Positions 5,672-11,620 of a stretch of 32,000 nt of DNA are shown piece after piece. The DNA comes from Massilicoli timonensis (GTDB lineage Bacteria; Bacillota_I; Bacilli_A; Erysipelotrichales; Erysipelotrichaceae). The stretch covers positions 210,001 through 242,000 of the forward strand of contig NZ_LT963433.1 in assembly GCF_900199515.1 (NCBI RefSeq), given 5' to 3'. A program made the translations under genes and the position numbers. Position 1 is the stretch's first letter. Each line of letters opens with the position of its first letter. The notes below the pieces were generated by a model, which was not told the DNA's origin, ran no database searches, and saw only the letters and a program-made list of their open reading frames with translations.

Positions 5672-6256
5672 ATGCTGCTAAAGGATCTGCTTGCTGAATT
5701 TAAGCGGTCAACGCATTGCTCTAATGAAATGATCGCCAAGTTCTGCGGCGTGTCAAAATCGACGGTATCACGCTGGTGCAGCGGTGAAATCCGTAGGATC
5801 CAGGATGATACGATTGAAAAACTGAGTGAATTGATGCAGATGGACATTTTGTCTTTATTGAAACTGCACCGTGCAAAACCGATCGTCGGTGTGGTAAAAG
5901 CCGGATATGATCTTTATGCGCAACAAAATATTCTCGGCTATGAAGAAGTCAGCGCGGCTGAGGATGCACTTGGTGATTTCTTTTTGCAGGTACAGGGAGA
6001 TTCGATGATCTATGCGCATATTTATGACGGCGATATGCTCTATATCAAAAAATGCACACATGTCGAAAGCGGGACGATCGCCATCGTCATGATCCAAGAG
6101 GAAGCCACTGTAAAAAAAGTGATCTGGAAAGATGACTTCATGATCTTGGAAGCCGGCAATCCCCTCGTGGAAAATCGTTATTTTACCAAAAAAGAAATAC
6201 AGGAGCTCCCGGTGCAGATCATCGGGAAAGTCGTTTTCAGTAAAACCTATTTTTAA
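5672..6256 (+). CDS. LexA/CI-like repressor: XRE-type HTH fused to an S24 self-cleaving peptidase domain
   Basis: 194 aa with a GAGGTG RBS. The N-terminal HTH is IAKFCGVSKSTVSRWCSG. The C-terminal part has the GDSM (Ser nucleophile) ... TVKKV (Lys) pattern of the S24 family. Confidence 0.85.
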   Translation: MLLKDLLAEFKRSTHCSNEMIAKFCGVSKSTVSRWCSGEIRRIQDDTIEKLSELMQMDILSLLKLHRAKPIVGVVKAGYDLYAQQNILGYEEVSAAEDALGDFFLQVQGDSMIYAHIYDGDMLYIKKCTHVESGTIAIVMIQEEATVKKVIWKDDFMILEAGNPLVENRYFTKKEIQELPVQIIGKVVFSKTYF

Positions 6257-6293
6257 GCATCTATAAAATACATAGAAGAAATGAGGGATCGAG

Positions 6294-6812
6294 ATGAAAA
6301 TCAATCAGACCATCGGATGGGTCATGTCTGCCATGTTTTTAGCGCTTGGACTGTTATTCCCCGGCATTTTTCACTTTTTCGGCGCCGCATCCGGACAGGC
6401 GTTTTTGCCGATGCACATTCCGGTCTTTATCTGCGGACTATTCTGTGGGCCGATATTTGGCAGCATGGTCGGTATTTTGACGCCGCTGCTTTCTTCTTTT
6501 TTGACCGGAATGCCGGTATTTTTCCCGACTGCCATCGCGATGACATTGGAGTTAGCGACATATGGGGCAGTCAGTGGCCTGCTTGTAAAAAAGCTGCGCC
6601 TATATCCGGCGCTGATCGCTGCTATGCTGTGCGGAAGAGTGGTCAGCGGTATTGCACATGCTTTATTGCTGAGCGCTGCATCGCTTCCTTATACCTTGGA
6701 AACATTTATCAATGTCTCTTTCTTGATTGCGATTCCCGGTATCGCTTTACAACTGGTAATCGTACCGCTTGCGGTTTCCATCTTGAAAAAGATTCCCGTC
6801 ATTCATCGCTAA
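6294..6812 (+). CDS. small polytopic membrane protein, ECF-transporter S-component-like
   Basis: 172 aa with 5-6 hydrophobic segments. The FLPMHIPVFICGLFCGPIFGSMVGILTPLLS pattern is typical of ECF S components, but I cannot tell the substrate class. It sits 37 nt after the repressor gene with no terminator between them. Confidence 0.6.
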   Translation: MKINQTIGWVMSAMFLALGLLFPGIFHFFGAASGQAFLPMHIPVFICGLFCGPIFGSMVGILTPLLSSFLTGMPVFFPTAIAMTLELATYGAVSGLLVKKLRLYPALIAAMLCGRVVSGIAHALLLSAASLPYTLETFINVSFLIAIPGIALQLVIVPLAVSILKKIPVIHR

Positions 6813-6927
6813 ACCGATTTCTTCCCCGATGCACAAATCATGCTGAAAGAGGAAAAGCCGCTTTTCTCTATGCAAAGCAGAAATAAACTTTTCACTTCAG
6901 GGTTATCAGATAATTGCGAAAAAAGGC

Positions 6928-6956
6928 TTGCAATCATATAATCTCTATGATATTAT
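6928..6956 (+). promoter_or_regulatory. promoter of tRNA-Glu
   Basis: TTGCAA (6928-6933), a 17-nt spacer, then TG-n-TATTAT (6948-6956). It lies about 12 nt upstream of the tRNA 5' end. Confidence 0.55.
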
Positions 6957-6968
6957 AAACAAGCAAAC

Positions 6969-7044
6969 GGCGCGTTGGAGAAACGGTTAACTCACATGCC
7001 TTTCACGCATGCATTCACGGGTTCGAATCCCGTACGCGTCACCA
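6969..7044 (+). tRNA. tRNA-Glu (anticodon UUC)
   Basis: GGCGCGTTGGAGAAACGGTTAACTCACATGCCTTTCACGCATGCATTCACGGGTTCGAATCCCGTACGCGTCACCA. It has a cloverleaf with acceptor GGCGCGT/ACGCGTC, anticodon stem CATGC/GCATG, loop CTTTCAC, a T-arm ACGGG-TTCGAAT-CCCGT and CCA. The layout closely parallels Bacillus tRNA-Glu. Confidence 0.95.
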
Positions 7045-7055
7045 AATAAAGCATA

Positions 7056-7080
7056 AAAGCCCCGCGAAAGGGCTTTTTTT
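7056..7080 (+). terminator. rho-independent terminator after tRNA-Glu
   Basis: AAAGCCC-loop-GGGCTTT, followed by a 7-nt T-run. Confidence 0.7.
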
Positions 7081-7148
7081 ATTTCAAAATAATTTATTTT
7101 TATGTTAGAAACAGATACGCTTTTTGAAAAATGCGTGCTTCTGCTTCA

Positions 7149-7176
7149 AAAAAAGGGCAGAAGATGCCCTTTTTTC
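7149..7176. terminator. bidirectional terminator (serves the SPFH gene on the minus strand)
   Basis: Stem GGGCA/TGCCC (7155-7159/7165-7169), flanked by an A-run and a T-run. Confidence 0.6.
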
Positions 7177-7181
7177 GGTAA

Positions 7182-7207
7182 GTAATGCCAAGGAACACAA
7201 GCATTGC
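7182..7207. other. conserved hairpin motif, copy 1 (12-nt loop CAAGGAACACAA)
   Basis: The 16-mer GCCAAGGAACACAAGC (7187-7202) is identical to 21377-21392. The stem here is GTAATGC/GCATTGC. Confidence 0.4.
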
Positions 7208-7304
7208 AGTTTGAAATGCTTTGCACTGGAGCCTCTTTTCCCATCATATTGGCTTCCATGATGAGCATGCTCCTATCACTTTATATTACTTTACCGGATC
7301 GATT

Positions 7305-8588
7305 TTATTCTTCTTTATTAGGACTGCCGCACTGTGGACAAAACTTCATCGGCTCATCGCTGGTATAACCGCATTCCTCATTAGAACAAACAAAACCTTC
7401 TTTGGGACGAGGTTTCCCGCACTCACTACAGAACTTGCCGCTGTTTTCATGTCCGCACGCACATGTCCATGTATCCTGCTTTGGCTTTTCCTTGCCGCAT
7501 TCGCTACAGAATTTACCGCTGTTTTCATGTCCACAGCTACATGTCCAAGTGCCCGTTCCACCTGCTCGCTGTGGTTTTTGGAACAATGGATTATCTTCTC
7601 GTGTGCTCATCTGTTCAAACAGCGCACCATTTTGCATGCCTCCGGCCTGTGCAGCCATGCCCATTCCTAAAAAACCGGTAAAGGCGCCCGCTTCATTGCT
7701 CGCCGCGTTTTCCATCGCTGTCGCTTGTGCCTCCGCCAAACGGCCGGCTGCCACTCTCGCATCGCCCATCATGATCGCATCATCGATCTTTTGGATCCGC
7801 TTTCTGCTTTCATCATCAGGCGTTACTTTGGCAATCGCTACTGATTCGATCTCCATGCCACGCCGCTTATGCCATTCTTCATCCAGCGTATCATTCATAT
7901 AAGCTGCGATTTCCCGCTGTTTTTTCGGCAGCTCATTATATTGGAAACCTTCATCGGAGCACATGCTCAACGCCGTATCCAGCGCATTGACAAATTCCAT
8001 ATCGCACTGTTCCATTAACTGTGCTTTTGTATAACGCTGTTCCACATTGCCCGCAACATGCGCATAAAAAGCCAATGGATCCGTGATCTTAAACGTATAC
8101 ATACCGAAATAGCGAATATAGATGCCTCGATAAGTCGGATCATTATACGGCATCGGCGTGGCACTGCCAAACTTATTGTCAAAAATCTCCTTCAAATTCA
8201 CAAAATACACACGCTGATCTTTTCCCGGTGTACCGCCCATCGTGAAACGTTTGCCAAAGATCTTAAAAGAATCCTTTAACCCTTTCCAGCCATTGTCAAA
8301 TAAACTCGGTTCCGTTGACTGATCCCATGTAAATCTTCCCGGCTCTACGGTAAAATCCACGATCTTGCCGTCTTCCACGATCAGCATCGCCTGTCCTTCA
8401 TTGACCGCAATGCCGGTGCCATTGGTAATGATGTTTTCACTTCCCTTGGTGTTGCTGCCGGCGCTTACCTGCTTGACCCCTTTTTCGATCAGTACATCGT
8501 TGCTAAGCGAATCGCAATAAAAATATTCGATCCACTGATCCGCTAATGTAGTGGAAGCAGAAGAAATTGCTGCTTTAATCAAACCCAT
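7305..8588 (-). CDS. SPFH-domain (YdjI / 'virion core protein'-like, COG4260-type) protein with three C-terminal zinc ribbons
   Basis: 427 aa. The N-terminus MGLIKAAISSASTTLADQWIEYFYCDS is characteristic of the YdjI family. The C-terminus reads WTCSCGHENSGKFCSECGK / WTCACGHENSGKFCSECGK / CSNEECGYTSDEPMKFCPQCG. Confidence 0.8.
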   Translation of the reverse strand: MGLIKAAISSASTTLADQWIEYFYCDSLSNDVLIEKGVKQVSAGSNTKGSENIITNGTGIAVNEGQAMLIVEDGKIVDFTVEPGRFTWDQSTEPSLFDNGWKGLKDSFKIFGKRFTMGGTPGKDQRVYFVNLKEIFDNKFGSATPMPYNDPTYRGIYIRYFGMYTFKITDPLAFYAHVAGNVEQRYTKAQLMEQCDMEFVNALDTALSMCSDEGFQYNELPKKQREIAAYMNDTLDEEWHKRRGMEIESVAIAKVTPDDESRKRIQKIDDAIMMGDARVAAGRLAEAQATAMENAASNEAGAFTGFLGMGMAAQAGGMQNGALFEQMSTREDNPLFQKPQRAGGTGTWTCSCGHENSGKFCSECGKEKPKQDTWTCACGHENSGKFCSECGKPRPKEGFVCSNEECGYTSDEPMKFCPQCGSPNKEE

Positions 8589-8674
8589 AGTATCCGTTCC
8601 TTTCCGACATGATGTCTTATCTGACTATGATCGGCGTTCCTTTTCAAACACCGCTTTTTCCTTCCTAAAAAGTC

Positions 8675-9571
8675 TTACCATTTACCGTAATGATTCAGCA
8701 CCCATCCATAATCTCCGCTCGTAATGATCGATTTACAAAATTCACACTGTCCGGCAGAGGTTACTTCCGTCGGCGCACCGCAGTTTGGACAGTTGGTCGT
8801 GCTGATGCCTTCCTCTGCCTTTGTCTTTACCCCATTCTTGCGTAAAAACTCCAGCCGGTAGCTGCGATGCTGATACTCGCTCTTGCTTCCTTCGATCAGC
8901 TTTCCGGTTTCATCATCCAGTACATAATCCAACAAGCTCGCATCCAGTTTGACCGTAACTACTTCATACTCTCCGTCCATGCGATAGTCGGCAATCACAC
9001 AGCTGCGAATATTTTGACGATTCATATAGTTTGTCTGCTTCATGTCGATATATTCCTGCAGCTGACGGCTATGCACATTGAATAATGCATTGCTTTCAAA
9101 TGGACGAATCTGATTCCATTTCTTCTGCTCCCATGCCTCCTGTACCTGAATATACACTTCTTTGACATACGTCTTAAACGGCTCTGCCGCAAAATTAGGA
9201 TCATTTTCCTTGATCCGGCTTACTACCGCATCCTCGTTCAATCCGATGTTGGAACTAAACCCCGGAGAAGAATAGGAATTTACACCGCCCATCGTTCTGC
9301 GATTTGGATTGCCTTTCTGTTTTGTGAAAAAAGCGACAAAGGCGATCACGACCAGCAGTATGATCAATCCCGATGGCGACATGACAAACGGCAGGAAAGT
9401 AAAGAAACTTCCGCCGGAACCATAAGAACCGCCATAAGAACCGCCCGAGCTGCCCCCGCCCCCGGAGAAGCTATTCCCCACATCAGCCAGTGCTGCTTCT
9501 TTGAAAAGCGCCAGACACAGCACCAGCAGACATGCGCAAGCCAGCCATTTTTTCCAGTTATGCTTTATCAT
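8675..9571 (-). CDS. membrane protein with a Gly/Ser-rich segment, a Tim44-like domain and a C-terminal zinc ribbon
   Basis: The ORF track starts at 9592. I prefer ATG 9571 (MIKHNWKK) because GAGAGG lies 9 nt upstream and a TATAAT sits just before 9592. It has a signal/TM segment, then GGGGSSGGSYGGSYGSGGS, then a second TM segment. The Tim44-like pattern is DPNF..EPF...VKEVYIQVQEAWEQKKWNQIRPFES...W-type core, and the C-terminus has CPNCG...CEFC. Confidence 0.7.
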   Translation of the reverse strand: MIKHNWKKWLACACLLVLCLALFKEAALADVGNSFSGGGGSSGGSYGGSYGSGGSFFTFLPFVMSPSGLIILLVVIAFVAFFTKQKGNPNRRTMGGVNSYSSPGFSSNIGLNEDAVVSRIKENDPNFAAEPFKTYVKEVYIQVQEAWEQKKWNQIRPFESNALFNVHSRQLQEYIDMKQTNYMNRQNIRSCVIADYRMDGEYEVVTVKLDASLLDYVLDDETGKLIEGSKSEYQHRSYRLEFLRKNGVKTKAEEGISTTNCPNCGAPTEVTSAGQCEFCKSIITSGDYGWVLNHYGKW

Positions 9572-9626
9572 GATGTCGATCCTCTCTTTCATTACTTCTA
9601 TTATAGCAAATTCCTCTCACTTTGCA

Positions 9627-10598
9627 TCATTCATTTCCGCTTTTCTTACTGACATCATTTTGACAGCGCAGCACTTTCATGATTTCCATGCTCTCTTTTT
9701 CACCCAATCGATCACTTTGTAACAGTCCTTTTGTCAAGCATGTGCAGACATGCGCGATCTCCCCGCTGAAATCACTTTCCATCTCCACCTCGATCGGCAC
9801 GATCCGCTCTTTTGTTACCAGTTCTGCCCGCTTGCTTTTCCAAAACTGCTTCGTCCTGATATAGCCCTTTTCTCCATAGATCACGCCCCAGTTCTCCAGC
9901 TCCATTTTCCAGCTGCTGCGCACACTGGCGATCACCCCGTTTTGATAAGTGATGAGCGCCTGCGCAAAATCCACATAGCCGCGCGCTGCCCGCGTTTCAC
10001 AATACTGCACCTGTTTGATCTCACTGTCCGCAAAATAATTGGCATAACAGATCGGATAAACACCGACATCATAAAAGCAGCCGCCGTCTTCCTTCCGATA
10101 CCCCCAATAAGAAGTGGATAAACCCTCGCTTGGAAGCAAAAAGCCATAGCTGCCTTCAATGTAAGAAACCTTGCCGATCACCCCATCCTCGATCATTTCT
10201 TTGATCTTTTGATTTAAGGGTGTAAACAGCGTTTTTTCCGCTTCCATCAAAAAGCACTGCTGCTCTTTCGCATAAGCAAAACATTCCCGCAGCTGCGCTT
10301 CATTGCTGACAAGCGGCTTTTCACAGATCACATGCTTATGATGTGCAAGCGCCGCCATGATATGTGCATGGTGCAGATAATTCGGCGTACAGATATAAAC
10401 GACATCGACTAGCGGATCTTCCAGCATTGCTTCATAATCACCGTATGCCTTCTTCGCACCGCTGCTTTCCCTGATCGCTTCGGCCTTGCTAACATCACGA
10501 GAAGCAACCGCATACAGACACGCAGAAGGTGTTAATACGATCCCCTCTATGACCCGTTTTGCTATGCCGCCAAGTCCCATTACCGCAAAATTCCACAT
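9627..10598 (-). CDS. Gfo/Idh/MocA-family NAD(P)-dependent oxidoreductase
   Basis: 323 aa with an AGGAGG RBS. The N-terminal Rossmann motif is FAVMGLGGIAK, and the ICEKPL motif is present. Confidence 0.85.
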   Translation of the reverse strand: MWNFAVMGLGGIAKRVIEGIVLTPSACLYAVASRDVSKAEAIRESSGAKKAYGDYEAMLEDPLVDVVYICTPNYLHHAHIMAALAHHKHVICEKPLVSNEAQLRECFAYAKEQQCFLMEAEKTLFTPLNQKIKEMIEDGVIGKVSYIEGSYGFLLPSEGLSTSYWGYRKEDGGCFYDVGVYPICYANYFADSEIKQVQYCETRAARGYVDFAQALITYQNGVIASVRSSWKMELENWGVIYGEKGYIRTKQFWKSKRAELVTKERIVPIEVEMESDFSGEIAHVCTCLTKGLLQSDRLGEKESMEIMKVLRCQNDVSKKSGNE

Positions 10599-10684
10599 CT
10601 TTCATCATCCTCCTATTCTGTTTTTTATTCACAAGCGATCTGCTTCCTTTATCACATGCCGTGCTTTTCAGTCCTCTGCTGTGC

Positions 10685-11587
10685 TCACATTTCTTGGGTA
10701 AATAATGCCAGCAGCTCTTCCTTAGATAAAGACGCGATGCTGCCGCTGCTTTGTTCAACAAACAGATCTGCCAGTTCTTTTTTCTTCTCTTGCAGCTTTT
10801 GGATCTTCTCCTCGATGCTGTTTTTCATGATCAGCTGATGCACCTGCACATTTTTATGCTGTCCGATGCGGTAAGCGCGATCGCTCGCCTGATTCTGCGC
10901 CGAACTGTTCCACCATGGATCAAAGTGGATCACCGCCTCTGCTTTCGTTAAATTTAAGCCGGTTCCTCCTGCCTTTAACGAAATCAAAAAGACATCCGCT
11001 TCGCCGTCTTGAAATTTCCGTACCAGTTCTTTGCGCTTTTCTTTCGGCGTATCTCCGCTTAATCGAAAATAAGTGATATTATTCAGCCGCAATTCCTCTT
11101 CCAGCAGATCAAACACCTTCGTAAAAGAAGAAAACAGCAGCACCTTCTGTCCGTTCTCCCGATGATTCAGCAATAATTCCAGACAGGCTTTCATCTTAGA
11201 GGAAACAGCGTCGATTCCCTCATAGATCATCCGCGGTTCACAACAGATCTGTCTTAACCGCATCAGCAATGCCAAGATCGCAATAGAATCCTGTTTTTCA
11301 CTTTGAAGGAGCACTTGTAATTCTTGATTCACTTGTGCCAAATTGGCATAGTACAGCTTGCTTTCTTCTTGCGAAAAAGGAATCAGCCAAGTCTTTTCCA
11401 CTTTATCCGGCAGTTCGGATAAAACCGCTTTTTTATTTCTTCTCAGGATAAAAGGAGAAACCAGCTTCTGTAAGCGTTTGATCGTTTCTTTCTTCTGTTC
11501 CTTTATGATCTTGCTTTCAAAGTTCTTTTGAAAGTAAGCATAGGAAAACAAATACTGCGGCATCAGAAAGTCAAATACCGACCACAA
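10685..11587 (-). CDS. C-terminal fragment of the SNF2 helicase (Helicase_C half); independent translation doubtful
   Basis: Same frame as the upstream fragment. Only a TTG (11587) or an internal ATG without an evident RBS is available as a start. Confidence 0.4.
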   Translation of the reverse strand: MWSVFDFLMPQYLFSYAYFQKNFESKIIKEQKKETIKRLQKLVSPFILRRNKKAVLSELPDKVEKTWLIPFSQEESKLYYANLAQVNQELQVLLQSEKQDSIAILALLMRLRQICCEPRMIYEGIDAVSSKMKACLELLLNHRENGQKVLLFSSFTKVFDLLEEELRLNNITYFRLSGDTPKEKRKELVRKFQDGEADVFLISLKAGGTGLNLTKAEAVIHFDPWWNSSAQNQASDRAYRIGQHKNVQVHQLIMKNSIEEKIQKLQEKKKELADLFVEQSSGSIASLSKEELLALFTQEM

Positions 11588-11620
11588 TTCTGCCAGTGCG
11601 TTTTCAATCGGTGTTCCCGA

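Noticed and set aside
6281-6886. 201-aa plus-strand ORF overlapping the ECF-S-like gene in another frame, and the 149-aa minus-strand ORF 5855-6304
   Set aside because: Their composition is Arg/Cys-rich and unlike the other genes, and they have no RBS. The alternative frames (6294-6812 and 5672-6256) give clean membrane-protein and HTH+S24 sequences.
7208-7304. 37-40-codon minus-strand ORF (MEANMMGKEAPVQSISNCNACVPWHYLPKKGHLLPFF) downstream of the SPFH gene, covering hairpin copy 1
   Set aside because: It runs through the terminator hairpin. The second copy of the 16-mer is not in any ORF with a start codon, so the shared sequence is not explained by coding.
7221-7902. Plus-strand ORFs antisense to the SPFH gene (7221-7670, 7402-7902, 7463-7681), and the internal repeat seen there
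   Set aside because: The repeat is the duplicated zinc-ribbon coding segment of the minus-strand gene, not a mobile or CRISPR-like repeat. The antisense ORFs are shadows.
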